From Macrostomum lignano (Eukaryota): DNA of 64,000 bases. Both the position numbers and the translations under genes were made by a program. Numbering within the stretch: the first letter of the stretch is position 1; each line of letters begins with the position of its first letter. Positions 1-11,829 of this stretch are shown here, in pieces. The stretch lies in assembly GCA_002269645.1 (NCBI GenBank), contig NIVC01002189.1, forward strand, positions 1 to 64,000, in the 5' to 3' direction. The notes beneath the pieces were generated by a model. It saw only the letters and a list, made by a program, of their open reading frames with translations. It was not told the origin of the DNA and made no database searches.

Positions 1-19
1 TCAAGGTTTAGCTGATTAG

Positions 20-390
<371 letters not shown>

Positions 391-948
391 AATAGATTTG
401 AATACATTTTATATGCTGCACGACACAAAATAAGAAAGAAACATGAGACTAAGTGACATCTTCACACTCATTTATGGTGCTTTCGTATGCCCCTCGGGCT
501 AGCCTATAAAGACTTGTAGCTCCATTATGGTTTCACATTTACTTAAAATAAGTAATTTACTTAAGGTAAATCCAGTTAACAATTGTAAGATTCCTGTATG
601 AGTCCACTGGCTTGAGCAGAGAGATAGCAGCTGCGTCTTCTAAGACTGGACTGCATGCAGAGATAGCTCGCTAAATCTTTTTAAACCGGCCTCTAACTTG
701 CTCGATCAAAGCTTTTCGATTCCGCTTATCAACGTTTAGCTGTTTAGCCAGCCAATTTCGATCTCAGAATTTTCAGATTGTTTTTTGTATTTTCGAAAGT
801 CTCTGTTAGTTTGGTCAGGAGTGTTCTGAAGCTTCTTATCTCTGGCTGGCCACAGGCAGCGTATTTATGGCCTATGCTCTGCCCTCCGTGTACTGAGGTT
901 GTTTTGCTGTATTGAAGTTTCAACCTGAGAAGGATTAGCAGTGTAGGA

Positions 949-962
949 GTTGCGATGGCAAC
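949..962 (+). promoter_or_regulatory. Candidate RFX X-box
   Basis: GTTGCGATGGCAAC has one mismatch to the palindromic X-box GTTGCCATGGCAAC and lies ~230 bp before the first visible YdjC exon. Confidence 0.4.
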
Positions 963-1192
963 ACGTCTGCTCAGATTTACTGAGCTTTTCTCTAATATCT
1001 CAGACGTTAAAAACATTTCAGACGCTTGTTAATTAACAAGACCACGTATGATAAATATAAATTTGATTTGAACGCACATCATGTTCTATATCTTGCATCC
1101 TTGTTGTATTAAGGCCAAGAGATGGAGGAACACCTGAGCCAAACAAACCAATTTTCAATTTTCAACAATTATTTAAGCTCTTCTTCCCGCAG

Positions 1193-2425
1193 CCTCTGCT
1201 GCTGAACCTTATTATCAACGCTGACGATCTCGGCTACTCGGCCAGGCGCGACCGGGCCATCCTGCGGCTCCTGGCCGACGGTCACGTGACGGACGCCTCC
1301 TTCATGGTCACCGGTTCGGCCTGCGCTCCGCCGAGCTTGGCAGCTTTTTTGCTTCGAGACCGACGCCCGGGCTTCATCTGAACCTGACTGAGGGCCGGCC
1401 GGTTTGTCCGCCTGGCCAGGTGCCGAGCCTGGTGAACCCGGACACTGGCCGGTTCCTGGGCAAGCTCGGCTTTCGCGCTGCCCTTTCAGCCGGACAGGTG
1501 TCCCGGTCGGACATCCTAGCCGAGGCCGGCGCTCAGTTTGCCCGATTCGCCGAGCTCTTCGACGGACGGCCGGCCGGTCACGCCGACGGGCACCAGCACG
1601 CGCACTCGCTGCCCGGCCTGGCCGCGTCCGCCTTCGCCGAGGCGCCGCGGCTGCTGGTGTCCATCGCGTCCGAGTGCCGGCCGAGTGCCGCCTGCCCTGG
1701 CTGGATGTCGGCGCGAGGACAACAACAAGACTGTTGAAACTGACGGAGAGGCCCAAAGCCAACGGCGACGCTTCCTGACTGACGTATCAAACGACGCGGC
1801 TATCGCGGCCAAGCAAGAGTTTGCCTCGGCTGGCCTCACCTGGCCGGCGCCTTCATGGGCCTGTCCAGCATGGGGCCGAGATGCGGCTGGACAGAGTGGC
1901 CCGGCAGCTGGCCAGGCAGCTGAGCCCAGCGCTGATTAAGCTGGTGTGTAGTAAATAGCTTTACTAAAGCTTCACGAAGAAAGCTCATAAACATCAAGTG
2001 ATGCTTGGAGAAAATGAGGGACAAGAATATATAAGCCAACAAACATACTTTGCTGCTTCACAACTATTATTATGCCACACGCTGTCATGCACTTAAAATT
2101 CTTTTTTCCCATAACTGCCTTTCAGCGGAGCATGTCAGACGAGCCCGCCGAGCTCTGGTGCGAGTGGATGGTGCACCCCGGCGAACCCTGCCTGCCCGGA
2201 GAGCCTGGCTGCGGCGGCGACCCGGTGGATGAGTTTGCCTGCTCGTCGGAGCGCCGTCACGAGGCTGATTTTCTTGCCAGTGAAGAATTCGCTCACTTTC
2301 TAATGCGACCCTTCGATTGCGAAGCTTTCGTTGCTGAGCTGCCGTCAGATATTGCCGCTTCTGAGGCTGTGGGGCTGCGGCTGAGTTCATTCCATGACAT
2401 GCCTCTAGTGACACAGCCTCTTTAA
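1193..2425 (+). CDS. YDJC: YdjC-family carbohydrate deacetylase, frameshifted in this assembly; start codon exon not located
   Basis: Motifs in order across frames: LIINADDLGYS..RDRAI..GHVTDASFMV (1208), GLHLNLTEG (1369), DGHQHAH, AFMGLSSMG (1849). After a probable intron (~1940-2125) comes EWMVHPG..GCGG..DEFACSSERRHE. At least 4 frame switches. Confidence 0.85.
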
Positions 2426-2812
2426 TCCAGGAGTCATTGCTGGTTTTGGAAACATTTGAATTATTTCGATTGCTTTAGCCATCGTCAAAATAAATTAAAA
2501 TTACTCAAAAAATCTAGTTAAGCTTGGAGATAGAATTCCGGATTGTTAAATTAACAACCAACGTTCAGTATGTACTTTTTTCTTGGTTTACAACCGCTCC
2601 GTCTGTACCCTAGGGTGCAAATTACGTGCAGGATATTCCGGTGCGAAAGTTCAATAAAACTCACTACAAAAAATCTTTCTGCTCAAAACGATGGTAAGAG
2701 CGAAGTTTATCAACTCAGGTATCGAATGCTATCAAGCCTCCACCTCATCGTAGCGTTCTGAGTCGCGATGACGTCTGCCGTGTCCTCCACCGCGGTGACG
2801 TCTGCCGCGACC

Positions 2813-4160
2813 TCAACCGCGGTGGCGACGCGAGCGATGCCTGCCTGAACGACGCCAGTGGTCGTGGCCGCTCTCGGCGCCGCCCATTGCCTGCTCCATG
2901 CTGCCGTCAATCAGGTCCATCATCTGCGCCAAGAAGTCGTCTTCGACGAGACTCGCCACTTCAACATCTGACTTCATTTCTTTGGCCTCCAGTCCGACGT
3001 AGTTCTGCAACAAATTATCAATGGAATCGTAGGTCCTTTCGTAACATTTATATACATACGGTAAACTTATGTGCAACTCGCAATACAAACTCAAAAGGAA
3101 ACGCCTAGCCTTGTTCAGTCTCAGTAAAAAATACTGGATTCTGAAGAAGCCAGGCCGCAATGTATAAGGTACATTTCATTGGCACATGATACGTAACTTC
3201 AAGAACCTGAAAGTTTCGAAAACCGATTAGAGAGTGATGAGCCGGTACCTTGAACTTGCGCCACAGCCTGCGACTTCCTGACGTCTCCTCGGCAGTGCTC
3301 GAGTTGTTCTTGCAGAAGTCCGGCACATTGTACAGCTCCCTGTCCTTGATGCCCGAGGTCACGTTGTAGTACTGGTAGTTGCCCATCATGCTGCGGAATC
3401 GCCTCTTCACTCGGTAGGCGCCCTTAATGGGCACGCACGAGCGGCTGGTGACAACGGAGAACACCTCGGTGGTCAGCGCGCGGCTGGCGTTGCGGTAGCC
3501 GTAGGCCGTCACGGGGAGGCTGTTTTGCCCGGCACCGTAAAAGTATGGCGAGTACTGCCTGAAGAAGTCTGTAAGAGTTCGGGATTTTTAACATAGAGGT
3601 ACTCATCTATGCTCTACTCTGTCAATCAGCCTCATTCTGGCGGATTCTGGTGGGGATGGATTCTTACCTGGGATGCAGGGTCTTCTCATCGACCTCCTCA
3701 GCTTGAATGTCTTGCACTTGTCCTTGTAGATGAAGTACGCCTTCTTGGCATTAAAGTCGGCCACGGTTCGGGTGTGGTAGACCCGCTTAGTCTTCTTGCA
3801 GTAGGACATTGTGCGGGCGGCCACCTTTTTGCCAGGGTAATCAATACCGACCTTGCTGTCGGACTGCGGGGCAGGCGGAGCGATTCTACGTTAAACTAAC
3901 AGATCAATGAATGAACGGGTACTTCTTTTCCATTTATTGGATTTATAAATCTCCAATTTACATTCACTTACGGCTCGAAATTTAGGGATCAGAAATTTCT
4001 TGCTAATGTGGAAGGCGCCCACGCGTCCCTCCCACTGTGTGGGCAGACAGCAGCCTTTGCCGAGCTCGCCCTTGTCGTCGGCGTAGTCGCCCATCCAGAA
4101 AAGGCTCTCCATCGCGCTGGCAGTCGCCAGCACAGTCAGGAGAAGCACTAGAGTCTTCAT
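2813..4160 (-). CDS. Ependymin-related protein (EPDR), left copy, 4 exons
   Basis: Exons 4160-3972, 3863-3668, 3568-3249, 3004-2813, all GT-AG with consistent phases. Signal peptide MKTLVLLLTVLATASA, then CCLPTQWEG, C-terminal NVTSGIKD..YNVPDFC typical of ependymins. Confidence 0.88.
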
Positions 4161-5319
4161 GATTTTGTTGTCTGTCTTGCAAATTTAGCTTGACCAATTT
4201 TTATCGTCGGAAAAGTTATGCTACAAATGACTGTCTTTTATACTGCTATGCAAATCTGACAGACGAAGGTCAAAACTTTGCACCCGCTGTCAAAGCGTTT
4301 TCCGTTCTAATTTTAGTATTCGTAGGTCTCGATGACATGACATTTATTAAAACCTGCGGCTTGAATTTTTAGTGCGTAGAAAAACAGTTTCAGATCAAAT
4401 TCAAAATAAATTTCTTACAATTTTTTACGAGTTTCTCTAGCGGGTAAGCATTTTGCCAGGTAATTTTTTTGTCTATCGGACGAAGGTTAAGCACATATTC
4501 AGAAGTCTTCAATACCGGTAAACAAATGTTTAAGACGCTTGAAAAATCCTTCAATTTCTCGGGAAGGTTTTAGATTTTCTACATTTTCTATTCTCAAGTT
4601 AAACACACAGCGTTTCTATGTACGAGGTACCAAAGTGTCAGGTATTTGGGGTCCGTATTGACTCTGATAACTTTCTCATTCCACTTCAGCCTGACAGACT
4701 TCAATGCGATAAAAATTGATAATTATGCCTTGAAGGCTGCGGTCAATGGAAGTTAGCGCTGTCTCTGTTCGGGTGCATATTATAAGCACATTGGCTCGAT
4801 GGCAAACGTCTAATGAATTAATCCGAATTGAAAAAGAACTTTTTTAGTCTCTAGCAGAGACCCATGCTTTTTTATTATTCATTTTTCTCTGTCACTGCAC
4901 AATTTCTTGGGGCCAAAAGTATCGAAAATAATTTTTTGGGACCTTGTATTTCGAGCTGAGAGAGCATAAATTATGCTTTATTGCATTTAATTAACACCAT
5001 TTACAGTGTTTTACTGTTGATTTACGAGCCAGCAGACGGCTACTTGGGCAAGCCGAAAATTTCATAGCAGGCCGATTTTTCAGCCCGAAATGTGCGCCTG
5101 CACAGTTAATTGGTTTGGCTGAAATCAATACATTGTATCGCAGCACGACGCGAGTAGAGAATGAAAGCTTACATTACCTCGCCTAACTCAGACGGGTAAA
5201 CAGGACATGCAGCCCTCCTTACTTTCATCATGCTCAGCTGGCTGCCTTGGCCTAAATTGGGCAAGAATCGTTTAACAACCTCCTTGTACGAATGATTTCC
5301 TTGTACGAATTTCACATTC

Positions 5320-5400
5320 TGTGGACCGCACGCGAGGAATCGAACCTAGGGACTCTCGTCGGATCTATAGTCCCCTGGTTGACTTACTTTTTTGGAGTGG
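5320..5400 (-). mobile_element. Degenerate tRNA-like/SINE-head fragment
   Basis: Minus strand reads GAGAGTCCCTAGGTTCGATTCCTCGC (Pol III B-box GGTTCGATTCC). T-stem imperfect; no complete cloverleaf. Confidence 0.3.
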
Positions 5401-6171
5401 CGCATTTTGTATCGACACCCATGTTTGTTACATGTAATACAAATCATTTTCAGATAAAACACTATCTTATTGGCCTTAAGAGAGGATAATCTTGGTAGCA
5501 AATCGGCTAAAAAATTGTCTATAAACAGTGCATCTTACTTTAAAAATCCAAGGGACATTAACTTTGTCATTATGTTGTCATGGATTGAATTAACAATCTA
5601 AAGCGCTGGAAAACCCAGTAAAATTTAACTTAGAAACGCTTTAAAAAATTGATAGTGCTTATCGTGCTGCATGCAAATTTCATGTACATTGAACCCTTTT
5701 CTACTTTATCAAAGTAGCGAGGTTGCTAACGTCGTGTGCCGATACAGCAGATGCGTCATTGGAAAACTTCTCAATCTTGACAGCTCAGGTTTTCATATAC
5801 TACACAGACCTCATCAGGCAGCCAGTGACACATGCTGTTACAGTTCACGTATCGCGCCACGTCTAAAAATTGTCTCGATAAATTTTCGCCGAATTCTGAC
5901 CCTCTACGTTCTCTTATAATCAGTAAAAGTCACATGCTATTAGCCATGCAAACGTAAACTCTGCGTGGCTCGCTCTCAATCTGATTTATCCGCGTCTCCA
6001 GGTCAGCTGCAACTTTATGAAAGTAGCAAAGTTGGCTTGCCTGGAGCGATAAGAATCTTCAACAACAACCTATGGCCCTTTATAAATACTTGAAGCGCAA
6101 ATAGGAACTTCTTCCAACTTCAACGAGCTGAGCTCTCATAAATTCAAGCAATTTTAACCCAAGCAACAGCC

Positions 6172-7579
6172 ATGAAGACTCTGGTGCTTCTCCTGACTGT
6201 GCTGGCGACTGCCAGCGCGATGGAGAGCCTCTTCTGGATGGGCGACTACGCCGACGACAAGGGCGAGCTCGGCAAAGGCTGCTGTCTGCCCACACAGTGG
6301 GAGGGACGCGTGGGCGCCTTCCACATTAGCAAGAAATTTCTGATCCCTAAATTTCGAGCCGTAAGTGAATGTAAATTGGAGATTTATAAATACAATAAAT
6401 GGAAAAGAAGTACCCGTTCATTCATTGATGTGTTAGTTTAACGTAGAATCGCTCCGCCTGCCCCGCAGTCCGACAGCAAGGTCGGTCTTGATTACCCTGG
6501 CAAGAAGGTGGCCGCCCGCACAATGTCCTACTGCAAGAAGACTAAGCGGGTCTACCACACCCGAACCGTGGCCGACTTTAATGCCAAGAAGGCGTACTTC
6601 ATCTACAAGGACAAGTGCAAGACATTCAAGCTGAGGCGGTCGATGAGAAGACCCTGCATCCCAGGTAAGAATCCATCCCCACCAGAATCCGCCAGAATGA
6701 GGCTGATTGACAGAGTAGAGCATAGATGAGTACCGCTATGTAAAAAATTCCGAACTCTTACAGACTACTTCAGGCAGTACTCGCCATACTTTTACGGAGC
6801 CGGGCAAAACAGCCTCCCAGTGACGGCCTACGGCTACCGCAACGCCAGCCGCGCGCTGACCACCGAGGTGTTCTCCGTTGTCACCAGCCGCTCGTGCGTG
6901 CCCATTAAGGGCGCTTACCGAGTGAAGAGGCGATTCCGCAGCATGATGGGCAACTACCAGTACTACAACGTGACCTCGGGCATCAAAGACAGGGAGCTGT
7001 ACAATGTGCCGGACTTCTGCAAGAACAACTCGAGCACTGCCGAGGAGACGTCAGGAAGTCGCAGGCTGTGGCGCAAGTTCAAGGTACCGGCTCATCACTC
7101 TCTAATCGATTTTCGAAACTTTCAGGTTCTTGAAGTTACGTATCATGCGCCAATGAAATGTACTTTATACGTTGCGGCCTGGCTTCTTCAGAATCCAGTA
7201 TTTTTGACTGAGACTGAACAAGGCTAGGCGTTTCCTTTTGAGTTTGTATTGCGAGTTGCACATAAGTTTACCGTATGTATATAAATGTTACCAAAGGACC
7301 TACGATTCCATGGATAATTTGTTGCAGAACTACGTCGGACTGGAGGCCAAAGAAATGAAGTCAGATGTTGAAGTGGCGAGTCTCGTCGAAGACGACTTCT
7401 TGGCGCAGATGATGGACCTGATTGACGGCAGCATGGAGCAGGCAATGGGCGGCGCCGAGAGCGGCCACGACCACTGGCGTCGTTCAGGCAGGCATCGCTC
7501 GCGTCGCCACCGCGGTGGAGGTGGCGGCAGACGTCACCGTGGTGGAGGACACGGCAGACGTGAGGGTGTGGAGATCTAA
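6172..7579 (+). CDS. Ependymin-related protein (EPDR), right copy, 4 exons
   Basis: Exons 6172-6360, 6469-6664, 6764-7083, 7328-7579. Same motifs as the left copy; last exon encodes an acidic then His/Arg/Gly-rich tail ending REGVEI. Confidence 0.9.
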
Positions 7580-8429
7580 TGCTGCTATCCGGTTCTCAGA
7601 TTAAAATTGCATCAAATAACGCACTATGCCATGCTTTCGAATGGTGGACAAACACAACCAATTTGTATCTCGTTAATTAAAAATGCATGAAAGTAAAAGT
7701 TACGATATATATCGCTTCGGTTATTCTGATTTTTTATAGTTACCACGGACCTATACCGATAAATATAATACAGAAAAGATTTAGTATTTTACGAAGTGAA
7801 ATGTATGATTTTCTCTGTGTATTAACAATTGGCAAATATACTGTTAACACCATGTACACTATAAGCTGTACTTTTACTTAGATAAGCTCTGATGGTTAAC
7901 CACCACAAGGTGCTCATCGCCCCTGCCTCATTCTGTTTTGATTCCGGTTTCCGACCCAGCTCAGGTCCGATCACCACGGGCGAGGTCAGTTAAGCTCTGA
8001 AGAGCGTTTGGATGCCGCTTCCGGGGCAGACTCAATAGCAAACGCTTTTGAACTTTCCGGAACTGACCCAATACGATGCATTTACGTCACCTGCCAAATG
8101 ACGCACATTCAATATCGTAATCTCCATGCACTCCGAAAAAGTCTAAAGTCTAAACTGCTGAACGGCTAAATCTTCTGCTTCTCAGCCAGAAATGTTTTTC
8201 GGCTTGTCTGGTCCAGCACTGGCCATTCAGGTCGTTATCGAAGCTTGAAAGATGCCAAGCGCTCCGTAGCGATCAACTTTCGCAGTCTTTTCTGTTTACA
8301 TGCCTGTAATTTTTTGTGGGTTTGTCTCTACTTTGTGCCTGGCGTTTACATTGAATCTTTCCCTTAGGTGTAGCCTCTTGAATAGACCAGTACAGCGATC
8401 CGATGCACTGCGTTTGTCCAGTCCAGCCA

Positions 8430-8690
8430 CGGCTAAACTTCAGGTGTCTGGCGACAAGCTATCACTACCCCCTCTGCTCTTCATCGTAGTTATGAACTAC
8501 ATGCTTCACTGGACGCTGGTGCCAGAGTGAAAACGATGGTGATGTTATGGTTCCACACCGAAGCTCCCGGCATCCTGCCTTATTGCTGCGTGCTCTCCTT
8601 TACAAATAGAACTACGCTGAAGATATCGGCCCTTGTGTGTCACCATCCGGCTGTCGCGCTTAGCACGTTCTCTCCAGAGTCTTCATTCCC
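8430..8690 (+). mobile_element. Decayed non-LTR retrotransposon reverse transcriptase fragment
   Basis: Across frames: PPLLFIVVMNYML (cf. QG..LSPLLF.IVMD), HRSSRHPALLLRALLY, YAEDI at 8613 (cf. YADDI), with stops and frameshifts. Confidence 0.6.
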
Positions 8691-11149
8691 GAATTCCCGA
8701 CGTCGCTGAAAAATTTGTATCGTACTTTTACAAATTACACCGACGTTCAACCGACGTTTGAAGCCGTTGTCCGTCGATGTTATTAAAAAGTACATTTTTT
8801 GTCAGCGACGTCGATAGACATCGGAAACGACAGTCAACGTCGGATTGCTGCCGGGAAGGAGGGCAATGGCGTCGGACTGGTGATCAACGCATCCGAGACT
8901 GAAGTGCGTAACGTTTGGCAAGCTCATAATCCGCAAACGTCTCCAGATGCTGCTCTGACACTGTCTGAGCACGGACTACATAAATGCCGTTAAAGTCATC
9001 CGTGTGTCTAAGTCAAGACCCTTGAGGCCGTACCGTGACTTTGAGTGAAAATGGCAGGCCATGCGACTCAGCCCTCAGTCCGCTATATCTCCTCCTCTCA
9101 CACTGTAAAACGCGTGTCCAAACTTTAAGCTTTTGTTTCTCATTTTCTTTCTTTACCGCTTCCTAGGCTTTAGAAGACTTTTAGTAGTAGAAAATTATTT
9201 TCTTAGAAGGCTGGCTTTAGGCGAAAATATTTCGAGATATGTTTATGAGACTTTTATGTTTAAAAGTAGCAGCGTTAGTGATTTTCTTTTCGTGTTTCTT
9301 TGGCTAGGGCATCGCCCAAAAATTCATCAATTAAAGGATATAAATATCGGCCTCCCCATCCTTTTAAAAAAATTAAAGACATTTAGAAAAATGACTCAAA
9401 GTATAAAAAACGACATAAAAATGTTCAGAGCTGCCTTTATTTTGAAGTTTTTGTAAACAATTGCCTCTGTTGTATTTCTTAGAAGGACGACGTCCATACA
9501 ACGTTGTTTCAGTGGTGTATTTTTCGCGTAAAGACAGCCTTCTCTGAAGCAAACCTAACCCATAAGGATCCAATGTTCAAAAGACCCTAGCATACGCTGC
9601 TGGAGGTCACACTCCTTTATTCAGGGTAGAGCCGTTAGCTTGGCTGATCCGCGCCTTTAGGTTTAATAAACAAAGCTATGGCCTTCAAAGATTTGCGTTG
9701 GAAAGATCTAATATCTTATTTTAAAAAGTTTGAAGGATTAAAAGATTTTAAGAAAAAATATATCAAGGATACAAGGACACAAGTTTGCGATTGCATAGCT
9801 AATCATCACCTTAGCTAATTGATTGTTATAATCAGTAAATAGAAAATTCACAAAATTGAATAGCACAAATTGGCTATTTTTATAATGTCGATGATGACGA
9901 CGTGTATCGCAGCATGTACTTTACTTTATTATTTATAGGTGTCTGTTAGTGTCTAAATTAAGATAAATTTATTATTTACTTCGGCCATGCTTTGGTAAAG
10001 ATAACCTGGCTCCTGTCTTAAGTTTAGGAGTGCCTAAGTGATGAGAATAAGTCAAAGCTGGTGAATCCAATCCAACTTTCAATTGTCAAACAATTGAAGA
10101 TTTGAAAAAACAGGCCTAGGCTTAAGTCTAAAGAACAAACCACTGAGGATTGAGCCGGGCTCTTAGACTTTTCATTAGGCATTAACAGTTTTTAACTGCC
10201 ACTGACAGTCAGGATTCAAAGACATTTTAGAAAACTAATGCATGGGAATAGGGAACAGAACGTTTATGTTTGTTTGCAAATATTTTAATGAATTCAGTTT
10301 TAAACTTAGTTCCGAACTAGAAAAATACATGAGTATTATAACAATAGGGCCTATAGCCTAGCCTTAGGGCTCGCTATAAATCTGGGGGTGGCCCATTTTG
10401 TTTTATGATTTCGCCTAAGTCCTAGCCTAAAAAGTCAATTGTATATTGTAAAATTCAATTGTCAATTGTAAAACTTGGAGAACTGGCCTATTTATCCTAT
10501 TTTTATTATTAGGCCAAATATTAATTTAAAAATACAATAGTATAATTTTGCTAATGGATGGCATTGTCTTTACAACAATATTGCATTTTTTAGGGCCTAG
10601 CTTCTTTTCATGCCCATGGTACTCATTATTCCCATAACACTATGTAAATAATCTGTATAGGCCTACTGTCATTATTTACACAGTAACTAAAATAAAGATT
10701 AGTTTTATTCTTTTATATACTGTGTTGTATTGTACTTATAGCTATTGTCTAGTTACATTTAATTGCAAATCTCCTTTTAATCATAAATAAGTAAACTTCA
10801 TATTCTAATTCTTTTTATACTTTGCAAATTTATTATAGTACAAATACTTATTTCAGTTATTATGTAAATAATATTGGCAATATTTACATTGTACCATGCA
10901 TATAATCACTTCCTTTTTCTATCGGTATAGACCTAAGAAAACTAGCAAGCATTAATCAACCAACTAAAAAATTATTTTTTGTTATTAGCTAGCAATCTTT
11001 GGCCCCCCATAGGGGATATCTAGATAGAATATCTGTTCTCTAAAAGTAACAAAAGATAGCAAAATAAAGCTTTCACAAAGATAACAGACATTCTATCTAA
11101 AAAGAAAACATCCCAAGACAGCAAGCATCTTCCCAGATAGCAAGCACTC

Positions 11150-11790
11150 TCCAGATAGCAAAACCTCTCCCCCCAATATGGCAAATACCCTCCTGCCAAG
11201 AGTAAGCCTCTTGCCTCCCAAATAGCAAGCATCCCCAGATAGTATGCAAGCATCTCCCAGATAGCAAGCATCCCCTAGGTAGCAAGCATCCCCCAGATAG
11301 CAAGCATCCCCAGACAGTATACAAGCGTCTCCCAGATAGCAAGCATCCCCTAGATAGCAAGCATCCTCCAGATAGCAAGAATCCCCAGACAGCATGCAAA
11401 CATCCCCAGACAGCATGAAAGCATCTCCTAGATAGCAAGTATCCCCAGACAGCATGCAAGCATCTCCTAGATAGCAAGCATCCCCCAGATAGCAAGCATT
11501 CCCAGACAGCATGCAAGCATCCCCTAGATAGCAAGCATCCCTGGATACAAAGAATCCTTATAGATAGCTAGCAAACCCTTCTTAGATAGCAAGTACCCTC
11601 CATTCCCCAAGAGCAAGCACCCCCCAATAGCAAGTTACCCTAGATAGCAAGCATCCCCCAATAGCAAGTTACCCTAGATAGATAGCAAGCATCTTACCCA
11701 ATAGCAAGCATCACTCAGATAGCAAACATCCCTCAGATAGCAAGCATCTCCCTGATAGCAATTATCTATCCTTAGATAGCAAGCATCCAC
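11150..11790. repeat. ~18-19-bp minisatellite (AGATAGCAAGCATCCCC)
   Basis: Degenerate tandem units visible directly. Confidence 0.9.
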
Positions 11791-11829
11791 CAGACAACAA
11801 GTAGCTAGTGCAACAATATCCTTAGCTTT

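Larger units (their letters stand above)
2770..7560. repeat. Inverted duplication with ~1.4-kb arms and ~2-kb spacer
   Basis: ~2770-4160 is the reverse complement of 6172-~7560, introns included. Confidence 0.95.

Noticed and set aside
744-1016. 90-aa minus-strand ORF with a coiled-coil-like end
   Set aside because: No recognisable family or supported splice partners.
4590-4680. LKLNT..YLGSVL, faintly like an RT thumb region
   Set aside because: Too short, and split across frames, to support.
8700-8860. Cluster of CGACGT/ACGTCG motifs resembling a DNA transposon end
   Set aside because: No matching terminal inverted repeat or target-site duplication found.
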